Position numbers and translations under genes: made by a program | Source of the DNA: Schizochytrium sp. TIO01 | Taxonomy: Eukaryota > Protista > Bigyra: Labyrinthulomycetes | Length of the DNA stretch: 64,000 bases | NCBI GenBank assembly: GCA_004764695.1 | Contig: SMSO01000037.1 | Span: 4,378,747 to 4,442,746 of the forward strand | Reading direction: 5' to 3' | The notes under the pieces: model-generated | Told to the model about the DNA's origin: nothing | The model's input: the letters and a program-made list of their open reading frames with translations, nothing else | The model's database searches: none | Part shown: one piece after another, positions 24,671 through 36,996 of the stretch | How positions within the stretch are numbered: the first letter of the stretch is position 1 | Layout of the letters: each line of letters opens with the position of its first letter

Positions 24671-25478
24671 AAAAGCGCTGAAGTTTACATTAACATTATT
24701 CATGGATGATACATAGTTGTGGATATTCGAGATTATTACACTTGTTTACATAATTACATTAAATAAGCTGGTACGACGAAGTTCAAAAACCCTTGCAAAG
24801 AATCATGATACTATCAGGTTTTTTTCCTTTCTAGGGTACTAGCTTGATTCTAACTAAATCCTTGTGTTTATTAGGTGAAAGTCATTGAGCGCGTCGTGAA
24901 ACATCGACTTGGGTTTATGTATGCATAGCAAGCATTAGACGCACAAGTGAAATGCAAAACTGAAAGAATGAGAATGTGAAAGAAAGAACAGGATGCTTGC
25001 TTGGATAAAATAATATTTTTTTCATCAAAGGGTCTCTATTTTTAGACAAGATAGAAATAGCGAGAGACACGAAGGGCAGCAGTCATGGACACCCTAGGTA
25101 CGAATATGAATTAACAGGTCAGCATCGCATGAACTTGTTGTGGAGTGTTAGGGGAAGTATTGATAGAAGGAAGAGTGACACCATGCTATTAAAGACTCGT
25201 AAGCCCTGAGTCCCCAACCCAGTGCAGGACGAAAAGGTTGCGTAACGTACATTACCATTAACCTGAAGACCATGATGCTGCAAAACAGAGTGAGGTGGGG
25301 ATAGGAGAAAACGATGTCGGAAGAACAACACCGAAAACTGCAAAGCAGCAGTGTTCCTACACTTGTGTTGTTTTAAGTTCGTTGTGTGCTGTGAATGAGA
25401 GATATGTATATATATATAGTTGTTTGGTCTGAGTTGGGTAGATGGTTTGCGGATCAGGGTGTAGAAAAAAAGAAAAAC

Positions 25479-25961
25479 TTAAAAACCAAAGTCATTGAAA
25501 CCTTCATCCATGTCAATGTCCTGGTCAGTAGCTTCGCTGGCGGCAGAACGGAAAGATCGTTTTTTATGCGCAGGGGCAAAATGCATGCAGTCGTTCTCCA
25601 TTCCGGCGATCGCATCCTCGGGTGCAAAGACGTGGCCACTTTTGAATAAGTTAACTTCTGCAGAGCGCTTGTCGCGGGCGGCGTCCTGGGGAATGCCCCG
25701 GACGCAGCGTCCAGAAACTGAGCAGATTCTAACACCATCATGACGGAAAACCCAGCGAGTGCAACAATGGTTGCACAAATGAGTCTCCCCTTGGTCACTC
25801 CTGTAAATATCCCCTTGGACATGGTGCCAGGACGAGCCCCGACGAGCTGTCTTAACGAATTTTGCGTCAAGAGTACTGATCATAAAGTCCCCCCATCCTT
25901 GGTCTGCGCTGACTGCACCAGAGTGCTGCCCAAAGCCAGACATCATTGTACCACCGTTCAT
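25479..25961 (-). CDS. Small protein with HxCxxxC…CxxSGxC zinc-finger motif (SKIP31 C-terminal / VLTF2 / UL92-like)
   Basis: ORF from ATG 25961 (MNGGTMMSG); motif WHHVQGDIYRSDQGETHLCNHCCTRWVFRHDGVRICSVSGRC; acidic aromatic tail. Confidence 0.7.
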   Translation of the reverse strand: MNGGTMMSGFGQHSGAVSADQGWGDFMISTLDAKFVKTARRGSSWHHVQGDIYRSDQGETHLCNHCCTRWVFRHDGVRICSVSGRCVRGIPQDAARDKRSAEVNLFKSGHVFAPEDAIAGMENDCMHFAPAHKKRSFRSAASEATDQDIDMDEGFNDFGF

Positions 25962-26699
25962 GGTGCGGTAGGAATTAATTTTCGGGATGAGCTTAAAATG
26001 TGTTTGTGTTTTTCGATTGGTGAACTGGGTGTGATGAACTGATCTCCTTTCTCTGGAAATCAATCTCAAACTCCAGTCTGTTTACGTTGCAACGGAGCAA
26101 ATTCCTTACAACAATTAAATTGTGATGACCTGCGTTTCAAAGGAGCGCAAGTCCCGAATGCCACGTGCCGAGTCTCCTGCTGTGAGAACCTTAGGCACAG
26201 CCCTTCTCTTTCACGACTAGTAGTATTACTACTACCTGCTTAAGCTTAAGCGCAGTGAGTAAGTAATGATACCTTTTTTGAAAAAAAAAAAGGAATAAGC
26301 AATGAAAAGAAGAAGAAAGAGAAACCTCCTTCTTTTCTTTCTCTTTTCTTTTTCCCTTCTTTCTTCTTTCTTTCACTCAGGCAAGAAATGCAGAGGAAAC
26401 GAGCGGCCCTGGTGATGCTGCCACAGCGCTGTCTCCAATGTGCTCCACCTTTTAGACAGCCACTCAGCTTTGGCAAAGGCGGGTGTCCAAGCGAGGCTTC
26501 CCACTCCTCCCAGGCTCAACCAAAGCTCGTCAGTGTCCGAGCGCTGCTCCGTCCGGAGTTGTTGCGTGCCCACGCACCACTATAGCTCAAAGCCGCGTAG
26601 AAACGGAACGGAGAGAACAAAAGGAACGAAGGAACAGAGGGAACAGAAAGAACAGAGACAGATAACGGAGAAACAGAGAACCGCTGTTCTCTCCTGAGC

Positions 26700-26930
26700 T
26701 GGGCGCTTCGAAAGCAGAAGGAGCGGCGGAGCGGCGGCTTCACGCAGGGGCTCCGGGCGTGGGGCCGCGGGGGGGAGGCAGGGAGGAGCGCGGCCTGGGA
26801 CCACACCACTGGCTGCGAGTTCACGTGCGAGCGAAGGCAAGAATCGGCCGAAAAGGGCCTCACGTCCAGGGCACGAGGGGATCGGGATTTGAAAGGAGCT
26901 GCGAGATAACGAGGGCGCATCCTCAGAAGA
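26700..26930. promoter_or_regulatory. GC-rich island, probable promoter or 5' region of the minus-strand zinc-finger gene
   Basis: Visibly GC/CpG-rich non-coding patch (ggggccgcggggggg) upstream of the gene; function inferred. Confidence 0.35.
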
Positions 26931-27980
26931 GACTGTGAGGAGGCACCGTATTTTAAGGGCAGTTCTTAGACCTTCCTCCTCCACTACCCACTAGCTCCTC
27001 ATGCGTCCAGTGACAGAACCCACATAATCGAAACGCATTAACTGCCTAACAACAGAGGGAGACACACTCCGTGCAGACTGTGATCACCCCCCTTACAAAG
27101 GCTTAGTGGAATCCAGTCTACCCTTACAAAACAAAATGCTATATTGATGCTGCTGGGAGACTGCTTGAATCTGTCTCATTTTGAAGACCGGGTTGTGCGA
27201 GTTTTGTGAGTTTCTCGGGTTGTTCAGTCTGCCAACATGGTGAACAAACGAAAGAATGCAAGAATATTAGCACAGTCGAGAGGGGGTACATAAGGAAGAG
27301 GCCATTGTATGTTCTGTTCTAAGCTCACTGAAGGCGAATATATTTATTATAAAGATAAAACACATAAAGAACGTGCTGTGCATCGCGAGACTCCTGGTAT
27401 AGCCGTCTAACTGTTCTCCGAAGACCAAGCGGGAAAAAAAGAAATCTTCGTTGTGTGGAGTTTTTTCGACTGAGGATCTCTGTTGAAAGTTTTGAGGGCA
27501 ATGGCGCCGTTGAAATAACTCATCGGCATCTTTTCCAGCTGCTCAATGGCACTATCGACGCTGCACGTTACTGATGGGCTAACCAAGCGGCTACCCGGTT
27601 GCCTAGGGTGGGAGCCTAGGAGCCTAGCTAGGTAGGCAGCTAACTACCAAAGCTGCTTTTCTGGGGGTAGAGATGGTAGCTACTACTTATGTGACTTCTA
27701 GGAGCTGCCTAGTGCCGCTGTAGCGTTCGGCCATGAACCCATAGTGGCATCATCTCGATTCTCGACACCCGTGGCACTTGCAGGACAGGCCATGGCAGGC
27801 CATAGCAGGCCAGGATTGATTAGATTTAATTAATGGAGGTCTTCGGCAATCATCGTCGCTCCATTCGTTGAGTGTTGGTGGCCTATTCCTGCAGGTCTCT
27901 CTGGCCAAAGCTGATGCAGTTCACTTCCTTTTAATGGTACATATTTAAAGGACTACGTCAATCTTATTCTCTTTCACTCG

Positions 27981-28005
27981 CTCACTCACTGACTCAGTGA
28001 GTGAG
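27981..28005. repeat. 25-bp palindrome CTCACTCACTGA-C-TCAGTGAGTGAG with central TGACTCA
   Basis: Perfect 12-bp inverted repeat seen directly. Confidence 0.85.
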
Positions 28006-28068
28006 TTCTCAACGGCGAGGTCAGCTTTGTAAAGCGCATAGGAGTCAGCTATCTTGCTTATGCTCTCA

Positions 28069-29794
28069 CTAGTTGGAGGCAATAAGGTGAAATCTTTTGG
28101 CGGTAGAAACTCAATCTAAGACAATCAATCACTCAGTGTCGTGGAGAATCGAAGGTAGTAGAAGTTCCTTTGGTGAGGTTGTGGATACCTACCTGTGAAT
28201 ACTTGCTATCATTGACAGACCAGACCACGCTCTCTTGACTGGTCCTTACTAGCCTCTCAGAGTCGCGGTTTGGGAGTCTGATCTCGTCGTGGCCTTGAAG
28301 CAGACAGAAAAGCCCATGGGATGCTACAATAGAAGGTAACGAGATCCGATTAGAGCACCGCTACCCACTGGAGCACTCTCACTAGTCAGAGGAAATAAGT
28401 TAAAACCTTTTAGCAATTGGGTAAACGATCACTCACTCATTCCCACTGCATCTAATCAGGCAGTCTTTGAGTTCTTCTCACCCCCGCCGCATCAGCTACT
28501 GCTACTACTTGGTGTCTCTACATACTGCCTACCTACCTAGCTTATTATCAGCTTGTTATCAACCTCTACCACTATGATAGACTATCCTATCGTTAACCAT
28601 CAGCCGAAGTGTAGATAAAGGTAGTAAAACCCCTAGGCTTATGTAGGGACTAGTAGCAAATAGTGATTTAGTACTAGGAAGGGCAGAGGTGTATGTGCGT
28701 TGAGAGCAGGAAGTGGTAGCACTAGATAGGGATCGACTAGAGGTGCAGAGATGACTGGCTGACGGTGTATTTTATTTACGTCTGAAAAGTGAAGCATTCC
28801 CCGTGTTCCCACAAATGGCGACTCGAGTCGCGTCTGAAAAAGACCTTTTCAGACGCATGCGTCCAATTTACGCCCATGTCCCCTCATCGATGATGATAAT
28901 TACTGTTACTACTAAAAAGTGGTGCTGTAATTGCTATCCATACTGTTTATTAGAAGACTGCCGCCTTCCGCAAGGTTGTTGCGCGCTCACTGAGTCATAA
29001 AGACATGGTTAGATGAACGATTTATTTATTTACTTACTTACTTACTTACTTATATAATTAGTTAGAAATGAAAAGTATGAAAAGGGAACAAACCTAAGAG
29101 TGAAGACCTCCATTCCGTTAGAACCTCGCGCCCTCAAGTCGGCCTTGTAATACAAGAATATGCGAGTCCAAGCAGATGATACGTAGCTAGCTAGCTACCT
29201 CCTCTACTAGTCGTGGTTTCGCTATTACTGATGCCACCAGTATTCATAGAGCTGCTACCACCTACCTAGCTAGGGTAGTGTTAGTGTCTCAATACCGGCT
29301 TGAGTTTTTAACCCAACTTGAGGTTTTCAAAAAGACTTGCCATAAAGCCTAGGTAGATTAGTACCACCACCTGTGTAGAAAGTTGATTGAACCTGAAACA
29401 AGCGCGAGCGAGCGAAATGGAGGACTGTTGCGCTTCGCTCAGTGTGGCCAAGCAGGTCGGCAGGCAGCCCAAAGCTTGGGACAGACACTCCCGAAGAGCT
29501 CTCCCCCTGCTCGACAGAACAGAATGCGTATCGGCCGAAGACGGCGGCGGATCTACGGAAGTGACAGGCCGGCCTCCCTCCTCCTTTTCTCTCTAAGTTG
29601 TGCTCTAGCGAGGAGAGAACCCTCTGTACCTCGGTGGGTAAGAGTACCTACCCAGGCAGTAGCTGTGATGAGATCGAGTAGTAGTAAGTAGTTGGTTGTT
29701 TAGGTGGGCTTTGAGTAAGTATTTTACCCGAGTTGAAAGGTTTTTTGATTGACTCAGGATCTAGTTGGAGGCAATAGGTCGAAACCTTTTGGCG
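28069..29794 (+). repeat. Dispersed ~35-45-bp repeat CTAGTTGGAGGCAATA.GGT.GAAA.CTTTTGGCG (copies at 28069 and 29761, degenerate copy at 28382)
   Basis: Direct alignment of the copies. Confidence 0.75.
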
Positions 29795-29926
29795 ACTTGG
29801 ATAGAGCTCAAGCAGAAACCATGCCTGAGGCTGCTTCTACCACTGCGTATCGCGAGAAGCACCTATCGATCGAGCAGTCCGTAGCGAAGAGATTGCCGAC
29901 GCGAACATGACAGACTGACGAACTTC

Positions 29927-29955
29927 AGTGAGTGAGTGAGTGAGTGAGAGAGTGA
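29927..29955. repeat. (AGTG)n microsatellite
   Basis: agtgagtgagtgagtgagtgag. Confidence 0.85.
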
Positions 29956-30362
29956 TTGAGCTAGTTCCATTTTTAGTTCTACTGACTGACTTACTTCAAG
30001 TTATTATTGGCTTATCAACTTTAACGATAATAATCAAAGTTAAACTAGAAATCAGAAGAAGGAATAATGATTTTATAAAAAATAAACAGTAATAATGGTG
30101 ACGAAGCAAAGGCGGCGGTGGGATCTTCTTCGGGCCCGGATCGGTAGAGGCCCTGTACCGGTGACTAGGAGGTCTGCGAAGAGCTCTCGGGCCGCGGGAC
30201 TCCAGCACCGAGGCGCAGCAGCACCGGCAGCAGCTCAGGCGCAAGGGCCTGGACGCGATCAACGGCGTGGCGGTGAACTCCACGTCTCGACAAGCGCCGA
30301 AGCGTGCTCCCTTACTTATTTACTTGTAGCACTCGCTACAGGGAGGGAGGCTTCGACTTGGT

Positions 30363-30417
30363 CTTTCCTTCTTTCTCTCTTTCTTTCTCTCTTTCTCTCT
30401 TTCTTTCTCTCTTTCTC

Positions 30418-30449
<32 letters not shown>

Positions 30450-30460
30450 TTTCTTGCTTT
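30363..30460. repeat. (CTTT)n/(CT)n pyrimidine microsatellite
   Basis: Seen directly. Confidence 0.9.
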
Positions 30461-33400
30461 CTTTTGATGATTTTGTTTCCTGAGAAGAGAGTGGCCGACT
30501 GACGGACATGCATCGACTCAGGCCGATGCGTACGCGCGTAGGCACGCACGACGTACTCACAGCCTTCGAAACTCGACTCGGGTCGCTGAAGTTATCGATC
30601 GACCGCGTTGGGCCTTCCTTCCACCACCTCCATCCTGGACCTCAACTGAAGTCGATGGCTGATCGTTCAGAACGAATGATTCTTCTTTTGGCGTTGTTTT
30701 GATTGGCGTAGTAGGACGCAATACCAAGAGGCTACGCGGCTAGGGGACCCGTAGGACACCTACGCACGTTCCTAGCCACCATAGTCCTTGCTTAGGCCAC
30801 TCTTGCCGCAACGCAAAATCAGGCGACGGTGGACCACTCAGTCAGTATAGGAAACTTGGCCGCATTTTCTTTCCCGAGTTTCTCCGGGCACCGAAAAGTG
30901 CTAGGGAGTTTTGTGGAGTTTCTCCCGATACAGGCCTGATATACCTCCGACTACGTAGCGGAATCCCAACCTGCCCTGCTTTCCGCCATTCACTTTGAAC
31001 AAGTACGAAAACATGCACGTGCGGAATGAATGAATGCCTGGGCTGCGAGAAAGCTGTCGCTCCGATACAGTGATCCGGGCACCTAAGGCAGTGAGGGCCA
31101 GGCTTCTTTCTAGCAGATGGACCGAGGCGTTGCTCGACGTGGGGCCGCTGAGCACCGCAGTGGCATGGCCGTGGACAGGGCTGCTGCACGATGTCTTGGT
31201 TGAACTTGCTGTGCTGCGCTCCTTGCTCCTCTACAGTGCTGGTAGGACTTCCCTACCAACACACTAGTCTTGGGAAGGGAAGGGCTGCTTGCGTTAGCCT
31301 ATAGGCTTGGAGTTGATATCAGTTGGGGTGAGGTGACTGACGGCTGCGTAGGCCGTGCTAGGAACCTTGTACGGTGGATGGGAAAGCGGTGGAGCTGGCT
31401 CATGGAGGAAGTGATGCCGAGAAGAGTGGAATCGATCAGCTTGAAGGGGATGTGCATCCTCCACAGCGTTGGTCTGTGCAGCGACAGTGTGATGATGATG
31501 TAGCAGTCGTTGATGGCAGCAGTCGTAGAGGAACCTAGGGACCTTGAAACCACTGGAGCTGCGCTGCTCCAAGTCCGAGTGGGCAATGTCGAGCGACGGT
31601 GCCGCTAGCTAGGCCTGGCCGCTGTACGAGGAGGGTGTGTACTAGGTAGTAGGTCCACTGCAACAGATTGTTACCGGTAGGCTGCGAGGAATTGAGATGG
31701 CTTATGAAGGTGATGCCATTAACTCGTTCAGGTTACCGCCACTGCTGGTTAAGGTTGGCCCGGCAACTGTAAGACCCAGAATGATGAGCGTTGCTGAGAG
31801 AAGCGACTGAAATTGTCAAGCCTCTGAGGCACACTTCCTTCCACCTGTTTGATAGTGCAGCGTGCACTTGCTGCCACCAAAATAAAACAAAATAAAATAA
31901 CGCAATCCTGTGAATTGAATTGTGATTTGTTTCCCACTTATTGGAAAGGGAGCAGCGCTATGGGTTATTCAAGGTTTAGCGTGGACTATGGATACTTTTA
32001 GACAAACCATAGTGCGACTCCTGGCTCTCGCTCTCAAAAAAGGGTGCTGTTACGAGTTGATTTTGCTTAGGGAAAGTTTGCTCGTCTAGTTGGTTACCTG
32101 GAGATCCAACTCTGTGAAGAAAGAAAGGAAGTTGATTTTAGCATCTGCTCTCAAGCGTACAGAATCTGACACCAACCAACATTACTCGTTGGCGAGGCCG
32201 TATGCTGTAAGAAAAGCAAGCAATCAGTGCTTGCCTTTTTCACGAGGAGACTGTGCAGTGGCTTTGTCTTACTTGGAGGCCCATCATTGTGGATAATTCT
32301 GGAACAGTAGCGCACGCGTCCCTTCAGCCCCCCCGAAACGGCCAATAAGGATGCCCATGATAAAGCAGGGATCCGTTTGCTGTTTAAAAAGCTCTACCTA
32401 GCTAGGTGCCTAGTGAACAAAAATACTCTAGTGAAGGCCAGCAGTGACAGGACAACAACAATACTGAGATAGAAATTCTTGGCCTAATATTCATTTCTTC
32501 ATTGAAAGACCTCAGCTGTTTTCCTCTCGCTGTTTTCGCGAATTTTGAAGTGAAACGCCATAACTCAGCACGAAAAGCTGCGCATGTTTTGCAATCAATT
32601 CGTTTGTCGGTCCTGGTGTACGGACTTATTTAGAGAATAAACTTTTCTTTGTGTATACTTATAGAGACACTGTTTAATTTAGGTGATTGCACGCACAGTA
32701 GTTAAAATAACCTCCTATTAACAGGTTTCTAGTATCTGTTCCGAGATATCTTGACATAAATATATTTGCAAGTCAAAACTTTGGGGTTGACCAATGAATT
32801 GCACGAGCCTACAATGGTACAGACTTGGTGATCATTCACTATGAAAGTTTCAAAGGCGGTTGTTCTTGCCCAATAAGCAACTATCGCAAATATAAGGGTC
32901 TCTTCCGCATTCATGTGCAACTCCTTGTGAGTTTGTAGTAAAGTACGCCAGCCCGAAGCTGCTTTATATATATTTTTTCAGTTTATATATTTTTTAAATT
33001 AAATATAGATATAAATAAGGACTCTCTGAATCTTCGAGGGATGTTGCACCTATGGGACAAAAACAAGTCCAACTATAACCATCAGAATTACGAGAGTGCC
33101 CAATTGGGAGGCTCGCCGGATTTTCAACTTCATACTATCATTGATGATGTACGTATATTAGAACATTTAGTAAGCTGCTTACTGATTGCTTTGTCAGTGC
33201 ATGCTCCAAAGAGATAAATAAAGTCTTGTGGTTGGTGCTCTGAAACCGTGGTAGCTTCATATCAGAAACGCAAATAAATAAATAAAATATTTCTAACGGT
33301 GGGCTACTACTACTTTCCCATGTGTGACTTTCGGCCTCTGGATACATTTTATAGCATAAGTTGCTCGTAGCCTGAAAACGATCAAGTAAATCACTCAAAA

Positions 33401-33831
33401 CTTCAGAAAATATCAAATGAGCTGACTGGAACTCTATCAAGCACTAACAAAAACCCTCTCTAATATAATCTGAAAGTTATCGAATGGGACCTAAATAAAA
33501 TTTGCACTAAGTTTCTTCAAACGTTTAGTCAGATTCTGCAAAGCTTTCCAATAATAATAATGAACAATATTGCTAGTGTTTTACATAATACAATCACCTA
33601 CGATGTACTTTGAGCTACATTAGCTCGCCTCAACGGATATGCTGCAGTCATACGTTTTAAGGCGAAAGCCACCAAGGAAAGCGACGAGCGAGCTCGTTGC
33701 ACGTCCTGGTGAACCCGGATTATCAATTCTGTTGACTCACCTGCGCAATTAACAACAAAAAGCTCGACATACAGAATCAAAGGAATCGATCTTCAGCAGC
33801 GACGAAGCTTAAGGCCTTTTGTGGTTGAATC

Positions 33832-34785
33832 ATGGGTCAGAGAGAAGGCAAGTTTGCTGACCCAGACACTGGAATGGCGGTGGGTCGTGGTAGCTCAAGA
33901 CGAATCTCCTGGCGTCGCAAGCAACACAGCAGTCAGCAGAGCGACGACAGGCGGCTCAAGGAAGAAGACGAAATCTTAGCCTTTGAGAGCGACGACGATG
34001 ATTCAAACGCAGAGAGAGATGAGGAGGCGGAGGCGGAATTTGTTAACCAGATCCGTAAACACCTACGAAAATTGATTGCATATGCTCAATCTGCAGACGT
34101 TGTTCTGCAGCAAGAAGCAGCAGAACTACTAGCTAATCAAGCAGTGCAGCCTGCGAGACAAAAACTTATCGTAGAACACGGCGGTCTCGACCTTTTGTTA
34201 CCGCTTACCAGCAGTGTTGATTCTGAAGTTCGACGTTTAGCCGCACATGCGTTAGCCAATCTATCTGTGGATGGCGACAACCAAGTTCTGATGGCTGAAA
34301 GAGGTGGAATTGAGATGGTTCTCACTTTGCTGAAGAATCGCACAGAGTCTCAGGCGACACTTCGTCAGGCAGCCAAGGCGCTAGCCAACCTTGGTGTGAA
34401 CCCAGCAAACAAAGTTATCATTGCGGAAAAGGGAGGTATTCCTCCTCTGGCGCATGCCTTTCGGGAAAGTAGCGACCCTGTCAAGGTTGAAGCAGCGGCT
34501 GCACTGGCTAACCTTGCAGTCAATGACGAAAATGAAATCGCCATTGGCGCTCTCAATATTTTCCCAGAGCTTCTTAAAGCTCTTTCGAGCCACAACGAGG
34601 ACCTCGCGCAACAAGCAGGCAGAGCACTGCGCAACCTTTCTGTGGATGATAACAATAAAGACCTTTTACTAGCTGAAGGCGCTCTCGAAGAACTGGGTCA
34701 CCTCGTAGTCTCCCTACCAGATGAAACTCTTAGGTTTCAATGCCAAAGAGTTCTCATGAACCTGCAACAGTCTTCTCACAAGTGA
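33832..34785 (+). CDS. Armadillo-repeat protein (Vac8-like repeats)
   Basis: About 5 ARM repeats: AAELLANQAV, AAHALANLSV, AAKALANLGV, AAAALANLAV, AGRALRNLSV, with GGL/GGI..L motifs. Confidence 0.9.
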   Translation: MGQREGKFADPDTGMAVGRGSSRRISWRRKQHSSQQSDDRRLKEEDEILAFESDDDDSNAERDEEAEAEFVNQIRKHLRKLIAYAQSADVVLQQEAAELLANQAVQPARQKLIVEHGGLDLLLPLTSSVDSEVRRLAAHALANLSVDGDNQVLMAERGGIEMVLTLLKNRTESQATLRQAAKALANLGVNPANKVIIAEKGGIPPLAHAFRESSDPVKVEAAAALANLAVNDENEIAIGALNIFPELLKALSSHNEDLAQQAGRALRNLSVDDNNKDLLLAEGALEELGHLVVSLPDETLRFQCQRVLMNLQQSSHK

Positions 34786-36996
34786 AGTGCCGAAGACTCT
34801 TTCGTTTCTTGTAAACTGGAATTCGCCTTGGCATGCAGTGCCCAGTTTTTCTTCAAAAGAAAACCATGTAGTGGTTTTTTGTGTGACTTTCTTTAAATAC
34901 CATGTCTAACTTTTGACAGAGTATACACCCCATTGCATGGAGTGGTCCAGCTCTGTTTGGTTCGGCATATTTTTTTTTTTTCAAATGACGCTGATGCCAA
35001 GAGCAATTTTATCTAAACATTTTATATCTTATCGTTATGCCTGAGTTTGGAAACATAAAGCTAAGTCTTCCACCTTTTTATCCTTTTCAAAACAACAATA
35101 CACCTGAAACAGCTAACTACCTTCATTTCACGACGAAAATTGCATTTTCTCAATTTGTAGTTCTGCTCCACGGACGGCGCGTGCTGTTTCAGTATACTGT
35201 TCTGCAAACATTTATCCCTTTTTTAAATAAGAAAGAGATGTTGTGCACGAAAGAGCAGTCGGTGATAATTGACTGGTTTTGTAATAAACTTCCTGCTTAG
35301 CAATACACAACTCAGGGCATATTTTTCAACTCTAGTATTTTTATTTGTTTTTAAATACGAAAAACGATTCAGATTAAGCACTACTTGCAACTTGCCTGCC
35401 GATACAATGATGAGCGTTTAGTTGTCGTGCAAATATCAAGGGATATAAACACACACGGCAATCTCGTTACAAACGTACTTCAATACAGAACGCTTCAAGG
35501 ATATTCGACACATAAGAAACAAAGAACTCTTTCTTTTCTTTTCTTTTCTTTTCTTTCCTCTACCAAAGTGCTGCTATACCATGATACTAGATAGCTTTGG
35601 TTGTGAAGAAGCAAGCGATCATCACTACTTACCTGGGTCTCCCGATGAGTGCAAGTTTAATTGTTCGGAAATGTCCAATAAGCTGGGCGCTTGCTGGTAA
35701 TGCTCAGTTGCTTTTCAGGCTCACATCAACATCTCTGCTATGATCCCCCCCCCAAAAAAAACTAAAACATAAAAAAACTATTTTAAAAAAACAGAACAGC
35801 TGCCAAAGTAGCTTGAGCTCTCAAAAAGTACTATACCGGGTACGCTCTCGGAAATAGTGTTGCTGACATTGGTGAGTATCATGCGTACCATCGTCGCATT
35901 AACATTTCACAATTATATTTTACGTCTCCTCAAAATGTTGAATATCTATTACACTTGAGCTCATGCCCCCTAATTCACATACATAGCCTATAAATCTCCT
36001 ACATCCAAAGAAGAATGATAAGAACCGCATGAGCAAAGGAGTCGTAGCCCTCCCAAGGATCTTATTGTTCACAATTCCAAGAACCTTCTGTTTGAAATTA
36101 TATCCAAAGATAGCAAAATAACTAAAATGATCAGAGCAAGATCCGATTTTGCCAGGTGAAAGCGAATAAGGCAGGGGAATAAACTTGGCTGGAGCAAACA
36201 CAATCATGATTTGCAATATCTTCCTCTTTTGTAACCACACAGAATTCAATTCAAATCAAACCCCTTTCCATCTCTTCCCAGCGAAGAAGCATTATTTTTT
36301 CTTTTCGATAATCGAAGAGTTTCTTTTATTTTGATGTTGATGACTTTTTATTTTTTTTAATTTCTGATGAAAATATTCATGATCAGGTAGGTAAGTAGAC
36401 TATTTTCAGAGCGTCTTCGGCAGTGACCGAGGACCGACCCGGTCGGCTCGCAAGGATACTGCAGTGGTTCCTGCATCCACTTGCTGACAAGACCTAATCA
36501 GATACCTCTTCTTGTTGCTTGATATCCTAGGCGATCTTTCTTTGAGCGGCAGTGCCTCCACAATTGTTCAACTATTCGACTTCGTCATCGTCATCGTCAT
36601 CGTCATCTTCATCAGTACTGCGGTCTTGCCTTACTTTCCGATTCCGGCACACGCAGAGAAAGGCATAGAGGGAATCTATCTCGTCATCGACGAAGTTACC
36701 ATTCCAAACTTTTCAGCCCTTCACCGCAGAGAACTCTCAAAGATTGGGACTTGGAAAACTTGTTGACGCTGACACTTGCAACAAAGTCAAAAGATAATTC
36801 ACATCGAGGAAAAGGCTACTCAAATCATCTCTCCAGAGGATAACGCCTGAGCCAACTCTAAAAACGAGACTACACAAAACACAAACAGCAGTACTAAAAG
36901 GCAGTGTTGAAGGCGAGTCTGTCACGAATATACACTCGTTTTCGAGTGTGTGGAGGAAACAAAGGTCAAATTGCAGCACACTGCTAGCAAGGTGCC

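Noticed and set aside
32730-32741. TAGTATCTGTTC, matching the U2 branch-recognition region
   Set aside because: The upstream U2 sequence (CCTTTTGGCTAAGATCA) is absent
35626-35636. TACTTACCTGG, matching the U1 snRNA 5' end
   Set aside because: No U1 loop I (GATCA), loop II (ATTGCAC) or Sm site follows; better read as a minus-strand splice donor CAG|GTAAGT or chance
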